Shown in pieces: positions 25,865 through 34,194 of a DNA stretch of 34,194 bases; position 1 is the first letter of the stretch, and every line of letters starts with the position of its first letter. A program made the position numbers and the translations under genes. The notes under the pieces are model-generated. The model had not been told where the DNA came from. It searched no databases and saw only the letters and a program-made list of their open reading frames with translations. The DNA comes from Granulicella sp. (GTDB taxonomy: Bacteria > Acidobacteriota > Terriglobia > Terriglobales > Acidobacteriaceae), in the NCBI GenBank assembly GCA_027339965.1, contig DAHWNL010000025.1:1-34194 (forward strand), given 5' to 3'.

Positions 25865-26398
25865 ATGGCGGCGATGGTGATGGTAGGGCAGCAGATAACG
25901 GAGACGCAGAGCGGGAGCGGCGCGCGCCGTGGTTGGAGCGTGGCGGAGAGGAACCGCGCTCTGTTTGAGCGGCAGCGAGCGCGGCGCCGTGGGCCGACGC
26001 CGGAGATGTTCTTCGCCAAACACATCGACAACAGCCGTCTGGTCAAGGAGGATGATCCGGAGAGGCGGCGGGAGGTGCGCAGTTTCACCATTGCGATGAT
26101 CGTGTTATTTTCGCTCACGATGGTCTATGTCTGGCAGCACTTCTCCGCCATTGAGGTGGGCTATCGGGTGGAGGCGCAGAAGACGCAGGTGGAGCAGTTG
26201 CAGGAGAAAAACAGGCAGTTGGAACTCACCGAGGCGCAGTTGAGCGACCCGGAGCGGATTGACCGGATTGCGAAGCAGTTGGGGATGGAATTCCCGCAGC
26301 CTGGCCAGGTGGTGCGGCCGGACGGCATGAGTGGAACCGCCGCGGTGATGGCCCAGGCCCACGTGCCGGCGCTTGCAGGTCCGCGAGTCGGAAATTGA
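25865..26398 (+). CDS. ftsL: Cell division protein FtsL
   Basis: Lies between rsmH and ftsI. Cytoplasmic N-terminus, one TM helix, coiled coil, LSDPERIDRIAKQLGMEFPQPGQV. Confidence 0.9.
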   Translation: MAAMVMVGQQITETQSGSGARRGWSVAERNRALFERQRARRRGPTPEMFFAKHIDNSRLVKEDDPERRREVRSFTIAMIVLFSLTMVYVWQHFSAIEVGYRVEAQKTQVEQLQEKNRQLELTEAQLSDPERIDRIAKQLGMEFPQPGQVVRPDGMSGTAAVMAQAHVPALAGPRVGN

Positions 26399-26575
26399 AG
26401 AGCGTCCAGGGGTAGGAGAGCGGCGATCTTCGAGCTGCTTTTCAGGACGAATTCGATCCATCGGTGCGAGAAGATAGGAACTGGCAGCCAGCGAAACGAG
26501 GAAGAGACAGAGCCTGGCGAGAAATCAATCGATTTGAAGTAGCAGGGAGCTTTGCACGGGAATAGGGATTCAAGG

Positions 26576-28915
26576 ATGAATCAGACGCCACGGCAGAAGC
26601 TGACCGCACCCATCCGCAGGGTGCGGTTTGCTTACGTTGCGTTGTTCTTTTGCGCCTGGTCGGCGGCCATTGCGCTGCGGCTGATCTGGCTCCAGGTGAT
26701 TCAGCACGGCGAGTGGGTGGAGCGCGCCAAGCAACAGCAGCAAAGGACCTTTGAGGTTGCGCCGCATCGTGGCGTGCTCTATGACCGCCAGATGCACGCT
26801 TTGGCGATGACGGTGCTGGTGGACAGCATCTATGCGGTGCCCAGCGAGCTGGGGTCCAATCGCGCCGAGGATGCCATGCTGCTCTCCCGGATCGTCCACA
26901 CCGATCCGTTGGACCGTTTTACGACGGAGAAGCAGATCGATGCGCGGTTCAACGCCTCCCGGAACTTTGCCTGGGTAGCGCGCAAGGTGACGCCGGAGAT
27001 TGCCACGCGGGTGCGTCAGCTCAATCTGAAGGGGATTTACTTCCAAAAGGAGTTCAAGCGCTTCTATCCCAATGGGGAGATGGCCTCCCATGTGCTGGGG
27101 TATGTGGGTACGGATGACACCGGGCTGGGCGGTCTGGAGGAAGAGTTTGATCAGGATCTGCATGGGGAGCCGGGCCATGAGCTGACGGCGATTGACGCCA
27201 AAAGGCATGTGCTGGGCTCCGATGAGAGCGATCCGATACCCGGAGAGAATCTGGTGCTGACGATCGACGCCAACATTCAATACATGGCCGAACAGGCGCT
27301 GGACGCTCAGATGGCCAAGGTAAAGGCGCTGCACGGGACCGTAGTGGTGCAGGATCCCAACACGGGGCAGATTCTGGCGCTGGCGGTGAGTCCGCGATTC
27401 AATCCCAACGATCCGCTGCATGTGGATGCGAGGGATCTGACTGATCTGGCCGTGAGCGATGTGTATGAGCCGGGCTCGACGTTCAAGCTGGTGACGTACT
27501 CGGCGGCGATCGACGCAGCGGGGGTGAAGCCGACCGACATGGTGGACTGCCAAGGCGGCGAGATGACCATGTACGGGCGCACGCTGCATGACGATGAGGA
27601 GGATCGGCGGCATCACTACGGATTGGTGACGGTGGAGAAGGCGCTGGAGATCTCCAGCGATGTGGCGGCGGCGAAGATGGCCCTGAAAGTTGGGCCGGAG
27701 ACCTTTTACAAGTACATTCGAGCCTTTGGCTTTGGCGAGAGAACAGGGATCGAACTGCCCAGCGAGACACGTGGCCTGCTGCGGCCGCCGCGCCGCTGGG
27801 GCTCGACCAGCATTCTTTCCCTCGCCATTGGGCAGGAGGTCGCGGTGACGCCGGTTCAATTGGTCACCATGGTCTCGGCGATCGCCAACGGAGGCGTCTA
27901 CCTGCCGCCGCATATTCTGTTGCAATCCTCGGATCGGCAGAGCCAGGACAATCAGGGCTCGGAGGCCAAACTGGTTGCCGAGCCGTTCCATCCCGAGGAG
28001 GGACTGCCCGCGAAGTTGCCCGACGGAGGGCACAGGATCATCAGCGAGCAGACGGCGGCCGAGATGCGCCAGATGATGCAGGCCGTGGTGCTGGATGGAA
28101 CCGGCAAGCCGGCCCAGTTGAATGGATACAGTTCCGCAGGCAAGACGGGAACGGCGCAGAAGGTGGATCCAGTGACGCATGCCTACTCTCACACCAATGT
28201 GGTGGCGAGCTTCGCGGGCTTTGCTCCGGTGAATCATCCTGCGATCTCCATTGCGGTGGTGATTGACAATCCCACCGTGGGCAGCCGCTACGGCACCGCG
28301 GTTTCTGCCCCGGTCTTCCGTGAGGTGGCCCAGGAGGTGCTGGAGTATCTTGGCGTGCCCCACGATGAGCCTTTGCAGACCGAGCAGCAGATGGAAGAGG
28401 TGCGGAATACGGAGGAGCCGGACGATGACCCGGATCAGCATATTGGGGATCTGAACGCCATCTACGACGAGGTGAATAGCCTGCCGGCGGACGACCCGCT
28501 GCGGCAGTCGCAGGCCGAAGCGGGGGGCGGTTCTGAGGAGACGTTGGCGGCGGAGAAGCCGGCGCGTTCCGCCTCTGGGTCGGCAGCGCTCCCCGAGCCA
28601 GTCGTAGAAGCTTTTCAGAAGAACGGAGACACAGCCTTGCCATTGAGAGACGCAGACTCCGACGCACAGGTCAAGACTCCCGTGATTCCGCCCCCAGTGC
28701 AGATGAAGGGCAATGGAGAGGTAGTCATCGATGCCGACAAGCGCGTTGCGGTGCCTGACTTCCATGGAGACAACCTGCGCGCCGTGGTGGAGAAAGCTGA
28801 GGGCATAGGGTTGCGTCTGAGGATGCTGGGCAGCGGGCTGGCGCAGGATCAGGCGCCGGCAGCCGGGACCATGGTGCCGCAGGGAACGCAGATTGTGGTT
28901 CGGTTCGCTCGTTGA
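26576..28915 (+). CDS. ftsI: Class B penicillin-binding protein (FtsI) with C-terminal PASTA domain
   Basis: RGVLYDR, RFYPNG, GLGGLE, LTIDANIQ, YEPGSTFK (SxxK), SSD (SxN position), GKTGTAQK, PASTA VPDFHG...QAPAAG. ATG at 26576. Confidence 0.93.
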   Translation: MNQTPRQKLTAPIRRVRFAYVALFFCAWSAAIALRLIWLQVIQHGEWVERAKQQQQRTFEVAPHRGVLYDRQMHALAMTVLVDSIYAVPSELGSNRAEDAMLLSRIVHTDPLDRFTTEKQIDARFNASRNFAWVARKVTPEIATRVRQLNLKGIYFQKEFKRFYPNGEMASHVLGYVGTDDTGLGGLEEEFDQDLHGEPGHELTAIDAKRHVLGSDESDPIPGENLVLTIDANIQYMAEQALDAQMAKVKALHGTVVVQDPNTGQILALAVSPRFNPNDPLHVDARDLTDLAVSDVYEPGSTFKLVTYSAAIDAAGVKPTDMVDCQGGEMTMYGRTLHDDEEDRRHHYGLVTVEKALEISSDVAAAKMALKVGPETFYKYIRAFGFGERTGIELPSETRGLLRPPRRWGSTSILSLAIGQEVAVTPVQLVTMVSAIANGGVYLPPHILLQSSDRQSQDNQGSEAKLVAEPFHPEEGLPAKLPDGGHRIISEQTAAEMRQMMQAVVLDGTGKPAQLNGYSSAGKTGTAQKVDPVTHAYSHTNVVASFAGFAPVNHPAISIAVVIDNPTVGSRYGTAVSAPVFREVAQEVLEYLGVPHDEPLQTEQQMEEVRNTEEPDDDPDQHIGDLNAIYDEVNSLPADDPLRQSQAEAGGGSEETLAAEKPARSASGSAALPEPVVEAFQKNGDTALPLRDADSDAQVKTPVIPPPVQMKGNGEVVIDADKRVAVPDFHGDNLRAVVEKAEGIGLRLRMLGSGLAQDQAPAAGTMVPQGTQIVVRFAR

Positions 28916-28998
28916 AGGGTGAAGGGGCTTGAAGAGTCGGGAGCGCTGGTCCGGCGTTCGGCCCCAGGCTGGCAGATGCAGGCGCAAGAAGGACGGAT

Positions 28999-30549
28999 AT
29001 GCAGTGGAGCCAGGCGATCACGGAGATGTGCGCGGTAGAGACCGCGGGGCGGCCCGATGTGCAGGTGAGCGGGGTGCAGTATGATTCGCGGAGGGTGACC
29101 CCTGGCGATGTGTTCGTCGCCATGCAGGGAGGCGTCACGGATGGGAACAGCTACGTCGGCGCGGCAATCGAGAAGGGCGCGGTGGCGATTGTGACGGACT
29201 CGGCGGAGGTCTTCGCCGGCCTGCGGACCCGGCAGCCGGAGCTGGGGCTTGCGCGGGTGGATCGCAGCGCCAATGGTGGACGGAGGGCGCTTTCGGAGTT
29301 GAGCTCGGCGGTCTTTGGAGCTCCGGAGAAGAGGTTGAAGATCAGCGCCGTTACCGGGACCAACGGCAAGACGACGACCGCATTCCTCCTCGAGCAGATG
29401 CTGGGTTGGGCTGGGCGGAGCTGCATTCTGCTGGGGACCATCGAGACCCATCTGGCCGGCAGGGTGCGGGCGAGTGAACATACCACTCCGGAGAGCCGCG
29501 ATCTGCTGGCGGTCTTTGCCGAGGGTGTGGAGGCGGGTTGCAGCGAGGCGGTGATGGAGATGAGCTCGCATTCGCTTGCGCAGGAGCGGGTGTGGGGCAT
29601 TCCAGTGGATGTAGCGATCTTCACCAATCTGACCCAGGATCACCTGGACTACCACGGGAGCATGGAGCAATACAGGAAGGCGAAGCAGCGGCTGTTTGAA
29701 GGAGTCGGCGCCGCGCCGCCACGGGTTGCGGTAATCAATGCGGAGGATGCGGCCGCCGGACAGATGCTCTCCGCGGCCGCGGGTTGCCAGAGAGTGACCT
29801 ATGGCCTCGAGCGCGGCGACTGGCGGGCTGAGGATCTGGTGCTGGACGCAGGGCGGATGCGGTTCCGGATGCGGACGCCGGCGGGCGCTGTGCTGGTGGA
29901 ATCTCCGCTGACGGGGCGCGTGAACGTCTTCAACCTCATGGCGGCTTCGTGTGCAGCCCATGCGCGTGGTCTGACATTGGAAGAGATTGTCGGGGCGGCG
30001 CGACAACTGCGCCCGGCTCCGGGCAGATTTGAGGTGGTGAACGGCTCTGCGGCCGCGGGCTTTTTGGTGGTGGTGGACTACGCCCATACGGAGGATGCTC
30101 TGGCAAACCTGATTGCGCTGGCCAGAGATCTGGCGCGGGATGGGAATGGGCGGGTGATTACCTTGTTCGGTTGCGGAGGGGACAGAGACCGAGGCAAGCG
30201 GCCCCGGATGGGCAGGGTGGCCGCCCAGGGCAGCGAAGTGGTGGTGGTGACCAGCGATAATCCGCGCAGTGAGGATCCGGAGAGGATCATCGCAGAGATT
30301 CTTCCCGGCATTCATGAGGTCCAGGCCTCGTCTGCGAGCCGAGCTCCGGCGCAGTGCCTGGTGGAAGCAGACCGCAGAGCGGCGATTGCGAGAGCCATTG
30401 GCGTGGCGCGGCGGGGAGACATTGTGTTGCTGGCCGGCAAGGGACATGAGAAGACGCAGACCTTTGCGCACGGAGTTGTGGCCTTTGACGACGTGGCGGA
30501 GGCCGAGGCTGTGCTGCGGGCGCTGCAGATGAGTGAAAAGGAAGGCTGA
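28999..30549 (+). CDS. murE: UDP-MurNAc-L-Ala-D-Glu:meso-diaminopimelate ligase
   Basis: YDSRRV, VTGTNGKTTT, HTTPES, MEMSSH, FTNLTQDHLDYH, VDYAHT, FGCGGDRD, SDNPR (DAP-type motif), AGKGHE. Confidence 0.97.
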   Translation: MQWSQAITEMCAVETAGRPDVQVSGVQYDSRRVTPGDVFVAMQGGVTDGNSYVGAAIEKGAVAIVTDSAEVFAGLRTRQPELGLARVDRSANGGRRALSELSSAVFGAPEKRLKISAVTGTNGKTTTAFLLEQMLGWAGRSCILLGTIETHLAGRVRASEHTTPESRDLLAVFAEGVEAGCSEAVMEMSSHSLAQERVWGIPVDVAIFTNLTQDHLDYHGSMEQYRKAKQRLFEGVGAAPPRVAVINAEDAAAGQMLSAAAGCQRVTYGLERGDWRAEDLVLDAGRMRFRMRTPAGAVLVESPLTGRVNVFNLMAASCAAHARGLTLEEIVGAARQLRPAPGRFEVVNGSAAAGFLVVVDYAHTEDALANLIALARDLARDGNGRVITLFGCGGDRDRGKRPRMGRVAAQGSEVVVVTSDNPRSEDPERIIAEILPGIHEVQASSASRAPAQCLVEADRRAAIARAIGVARRGDIVLLAGKGHEKTQTFAHGVVAFDDVAEAEAVLRALQMSEKEG

Positions 30550-30614
30550 GCCGGCGCGGGGCGTGGGATTGAAATGAGGGAGACGATGGGTTGGAGGAAG
30601 GCTGAGGTGAGTGC

Positions 30615-32060
30615 GTGAGACTGACGCTGGGGCAGATTGAGGTTTGGATGCAGGCGCGGGGAGGGTTTGATCGCGGCGCTGAGGCCGTGGGGTACGCGAT
30701 CGATTCCCGGACGATTGGCTCCGGGGAGCTATTCTTCGCGGTGCGCGGCGAACGGCTGGATGGGCATGATTTTGTGGAGTCTGCCCTGGACAGGGGCGCT
30801 GTGGCTGCCGTAGTGGGTGAACACTGGAAGGCTCCGCTGGGCGTTGCGGAGGAGCGCCTGATGCGGGTGCCGGTGGTCAGCAGCGGAGGAGAGGATGCCG
30901 TGCTGGTGGCGATGCAGCGGCTGGCTCGGGAGGTGCGGAGGGTCTGGGGAGGGATCCTGATCGGCGTGACGGGATCGGCTGGAAAGACCACCACCAAAGA
31001 GTGCATTGCCGCCGTGCTGGAGACAAAGTTTCTGGTGTTGAAGACGGAAGGGAACTTGAATAACCACTTTGGCGTGCCGCTGACGCTGTTGCGCCTGCAG
31101 AAGCAGCATGCAGCGGCGGTGTTGGAGATGGGGATGAATCACGGGGGAGAGATCCGGGCGCTGGCGGCGATGGCCGAACCGGACTGGGGGGTGGTGAGCA
31201 ACGTGGGGCCCGTGCATCTGGAGTTCTTTGCCGACGGAATCCAAGGGATTGCGCGCGCCAAGTATGAGCTGGTGGAGGCGCTGCCGGCGAATGGAATCGC
31301 CTTCCTGAATGGAGATGACGCGTTGGTGCGGGGCTTTGCCCGGGGCATCGAGGACCGCGCCGTGATGTATGGGACCAGCGAAGGCTGCGCGGTGCGGGCG
31401 GAAGCGATCAAGGATCAGGGTCTGGTAGGAATTGAGTTTGAGCTGGTGGCGGAGCCCGGGGCCGATTCGGCGAAGCTCTGTTGGACTGGGATGCAGCCGG
31501 CCCGCAGGCGAGTGAAGCTCTCCCTGGCGGGGCGGCACAATGTGATGAATGCGTTGGCGGCAGTGGCTGTAGGCTGCATTCGTGGCGTGGAACTGGAGGT
31601 GGCCTGCCGAGCTTTGGAGCAGATGCGGCCGACGGAGAAGCGCGGCAATGTGATCGCCTGGCGCGGAGCCGAGCTGGTGAATGACACATACAACTCCAAC
31701 CCCCTGGCGCTCAAGTCCATGGTGGAGGCGCTGCGCAGAACCAAAGCCAGGCGGCGGATTGTGGTGGTGGGAGAGATGCTGGAGCTGGGGCCGGAGGGTG
31801 CACGGCTGCACGCCGCCTGTGGCGAGGCGATGCAGGGAATCGACGTGGTGCTGGGTGTTCGCGGGCTGGCGCGGGAGTTAGTGAACGGAGCTCGAACCCT
31901 GCCGCAGGGATCCGGACCAGCGCAGGCGGAGTTCGTTGAGACGCCCGAGCAGGCCGGGGATTGGCTGCGCCAGCATCTGCGCGAGGGAGATGTGGCGCTG
32001 CTCAAGGCATCGCGTGGGGTTAGGCTGGAGCGGGCCCTGGAGTCGCTGGGTTCTGCATGA
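30615..32060 (+). CDS. murF: UDP-MurNAc-tripeptide:D-Ala-D-Ala ligase
   Basis: IDSR, GERLDGHDF, VTGSAGKTTTKE, GNLNNHFGVP, LEMGMNH.GEI, NDTYNSNP, GEMLELG, KASRG. GTG start. Confidence 0.97.
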   Translation: MRLTLGQIEVWMQARGGFDRGAEAVGYAIDSRTIGSGELFFAVRGERLDGHDFVESALDRGAVAAVVGEHWKAPLGVAEERLMRVPVVSSGGEDAVLVAMQRLAREVRRVWGGILIGVTGSAGKTTTKECIAAVLETKFLVLKTEGNLNNHFGVPLTLLRLQKQHAAAVLEMGMNHGGEIRALAAMAEPDWGVVSNVGPVHLEFFADGIQGIARAKYELVEALPANGIAFLNGDDALVRGFARGIEDRAVMYGTSEGCAVRAEAIKDQGLVGIEFELVAEPGADSAKLCWTGMQPARRRVKLSLAGRHNVMNALAAVAVGCIRGVELEVACRALEQMRPTEKRGNVIAWRGAELVNDTYNSNPLALKSMVEALRRTKARRRIVVVGEMLELGPEGARLHAACGEAMQGIDVVLGVRGLARELVNGARTLPQGSGPAQAEFVETPEQAGDWLRQHLREGDVALLKASRGVRLERALESLGSA

Positions 32061-32218
32061 GCTGGCACCGGGCCAGGTTGGGCATCCATGCTCTTGCATC
32101 CACACTCTTGAAGCGGGAAGAACAGATACGCAAGAGAGGGCATGCGAGAGAGGTTAAGATGGGCCCAGAACCGCGATTTGGATGATCTGATTCGAAGATA
32201 CTGACGAGGCGAGATCCG

Positions 32219-33355
32219 TTGCTCTACTGGCTGCTTTACCAGAGGTTGTTTCCGTATATTCCGGTCTTCCGGATCTTTCGCTACGTCACCTTCCGCTGCG
32301 CCTTTGCCAGCATGACGGCGATGCTGATCGGGCTGCTGATCGGTCCGTTTGTGATTGACCGGCTGCGGCAGTTTCAGATTGGCCAGTACATCCGCGAGGA
32401 AGGCCCGAAGAGCCACCAGAAAAAAGGTGGAACGCCCACCATGGGCGGGGTGCTGATCTGCATCTCCATCCTGGTGCCTACTCTGTTGTGGGCCAACCTG
32501 ACCAATCCCTACATATGGATCGTGATGTTCGCCACCATGGCCTTTGGGGCGATCGGCTTTGCCGACGATTACATCAAAGTGGTGAAGAAGAGAAACCTGG
32601 GGCTGCGGTCTTTGCAGAAGCTGTTGCTGCAGTTCATCGCCAGCGGAGTGATCGCCGTGGCGCTGGTGGTGATGCGCAGCGAGCATGCGTACTCCACGCG
32701 GCTGATGGTTCCCTTCATCAAGCGCTTCCGTCCGGACCTGATTCTGACGCCGCTGTTGGTCCATCCGCATCTTTGGCCGCTGGCTTTTTTGCCGTTTGTG
32801 GTCTTTGTGATGCTGGTGATCACAGGTTCCAGCAACGCCGTGAATCTGACCGATGGTCTGGACGGGCTGGCGATCGGCTGCACGATTATTGCAGCAGGAG
32901 CCCTGACGGTGTTGACTTATGTGAGCGGGCATGTGGTCTTTGCCGACTATCTCGAACTGCAACGCATGCCGATGGTCAGCGAGCTGACCATCTTCTGCGG
33001 GGCGATGGTGGGAGCCAGCATCGGCTTTCTCTGGTACAACGCGCATCCAGCGGAGGTTTTCATGGGCGACGTAGGGTCGCTGGCGCTGGGCGGGGTGATT
33101 GGCACCGTGGCCGTGATTATCAAGCAGGAGCTGCTTTTGCCGTTTATCGGCGGTGTGTTTGTGCTGGAAATTCTGAGCGTCATTCTGCAGGTGGGGAGTT
33201 ACAAGCTGCGCAATGGCAAGAGGATCTTCAAGATGGCGCCGTTGCATCACCACTTTGAATTGCTGGGGTGGTCGGAGTCGAAAGTGATCACGCGCTTCTG
33301 GATCATGGCGCTGGTCTTTGCCCTGTTTGCGCTGACCACGCTCAAGCTACGATGA
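32219..33355 (+). CDS. mraY: Phospho-N-acetylmuramoyl-pentapeptide transferase
   Basis: KKGGTPTMGG, GFADDY, SNAVNLTDGLDGLA, PAEVFMGDVGS, FKMAPLHHHFE. TTG start. Confidence 0.98.
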   Translation: MLYWLLYQRLFPYIPVFRIFRYVTFRCAFASMTAMLIGLLIGPFVIDRLRQFQIGQYIREEGPKSHQKKGGTPTMGGVLICISILVPTLLWANLTNPYIWIVMFATMAFGAIGFADDYIKVVKKRNLGLRSLQKLLLQFIASGVIAVALVVMRSEHAYSTRLMVPFIKRFRPDLILTPLLVHPHLWPLAFLPFVVFVMLVITGSSNAVNLTDGLDGLAIGCTIIAAGALTVLTYVSGHVVFADYLELQRMPMVSELTIFCGAMVGASIGFLWYNAHPAEVFMGDVGSLALGGVIGTVAVIIKQELLLPFIGGVFVLEILSVILQVGSYKLRNGKRIFKMAPLHHHFELLGWSESKVITRFWIMALVFALFALTTLKLR

Positions 33356-33451
33356 TGGACAGAGACCGGCTGCCAACCTCCTGGGCGCGAATGCCTGCCT
33401 GAACCGGGCGATCTGGAGAAAAAGGGGTGATCGCCGGCAGGAGAATCCGCA

Positions 33452-34153
33452 ATGAAGCATGCGCTTCCCATTGTCTGTATCCCCGGTCTTCTCTTTACCC
33501 CCAGACTCTATGCGGAGCAGCTTCCGTCGCTATGGAGGTTCGGGCCGGTGACGGTCGCGCAACATAGTCTCCAGGAGAGTGTGGAGACGATCGCCCGCTC
33601 CATTCTGGCCACAGCGCCAGAGCGGTTCGCGCTGCTGGGTCTCTCCATGGGTGGTTACGTCAGCTTTGAGATTCTGCGTCAGGCCCCGCGGCGGGTAGCG
33701 AAGCTGGCGCTGCTGGATACCACGGCCCGGCCCGATTCGCCGGAGAAGGCAGCCGACCGGCGCGCTCTGATCAGCCGGGCGCGCAGCGTTCCCATTCAAG
33801 AGATCTCCGACGAACTTTTCCCGCGGCTGGTGGACCGCTCGCGCCGGCAGGATGAGTCTTTGCGCGACCTCTTTCGGCAGATGGCGGAGGAGACGGGAGC
33901 GGAGGGGTTCATTCATCAGCAGACTTCGATCATGAACCGCCCGGACTCGCGGCCTGGGCTTAAGGAGATTCGCTGTCCAACGCTGGTTCTGGTTGGGGAG
34001 GGCGATGAACTGACGCCGCCCGAGTTGGCTGCGGAGATTGCTGCCGGAGTTGCCGGGTCTCGCCTGGTGAAGGTTCCTGACTGTGGCCACGCCTCCACCC
34101 TGGAGCAGCCACAGAAGGTTAGCCGCGCGCTGGTGGAGTGGCTGGAGGGCTGA
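33452..34153 (+). CDS. Alpha/beta-fold hydrolase (Abhydrolase_6-like)
   Basis: AGGAG RBS, nucleophile GLSMGG, acid GEGD, His CGH, PTLVLVG. No signal peptide. Confidence 0.92.
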   Translation: MKHALPIVCIPGLLFTPRLYAEQLPSLWRFGPVTVAQHSLQESVETIARSILATAPERFALLGLSMGGYVSFEILRQAPRRVAKLALLDTTARPDSPEKAADRRALISRARSVPIQEISDELFPRLVDRSRRQDESLRDLFRQMAEETGAEGFIHQQTSIMNRPDSRPGLKEIRCPTLVLVGEGDELTPPELAAEIAAGVAGSRLVKVPDCGHASTLEQPQKVSRALVEWLEG

Positions 34154-34194
34154 GCCGTTCGTCCCGGACGATTCCTCCGCCGATTTGGCCGGCG

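Noticed and set aside
21021..33253. Very long antisense ORFs (21021-22979, 24846-25817, 26570-28987, 28849-30471, 30729-31811, 31415-33253)
   Set aside because: They mirror dxs and the dcw genes on the opposite strand, have no recognisable motifs, and are the expected by-product of high-GC codon bias.

Overview
A bacterial chromosome segment, most likely from Acidobacteriota (Acidobacteriaceae-like). The assignment is inferred from the SusD-less Oar-type TonB receptor and the style of the MraZ, FtsL and MraY sequences. There are three blocks. (1) 1-12168 is a co-oriented, visibly lower-GC glycan-utilisation locus: the 3' part of a TonB-dependent receptor, a Tat-exported Cys-type sulfatase, a Tat-exported GH106-like glycosidase, and two adjacent exported proteins of unknown function. 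The two unknowns share an unnamed domain (SNG...GGxV...GRxFQxD...NPT[Q/E]AG), one as a free secreted protein and one on a lipoprotein Ig-domain stalk. (2) 12224-20819 is a minus-strand block: icmF, a GT2, a GT-C/AftB-like membrane protein, a secreted DUF4440 protein and a secreted esterase. (3) 21072-34153 is housekeeping: dxs, a DUF2127 gene and the start of the dcw cluster (mraZ rsmH ftsL ftsI murE murF mraY), then an alpha/beta hydrolase where murD is expected. The best leads are the paired unknown-domain proteins (candidate new carbohydrate-active family) and a near-consensus NrdR-box-like palindrome, with a degenerate partner 31 bp away, upstream of the dcw operon. I recognised no tRNA, rRNA, CRISPR array or transposase. 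All family calls come from motif recognition, not database searches.
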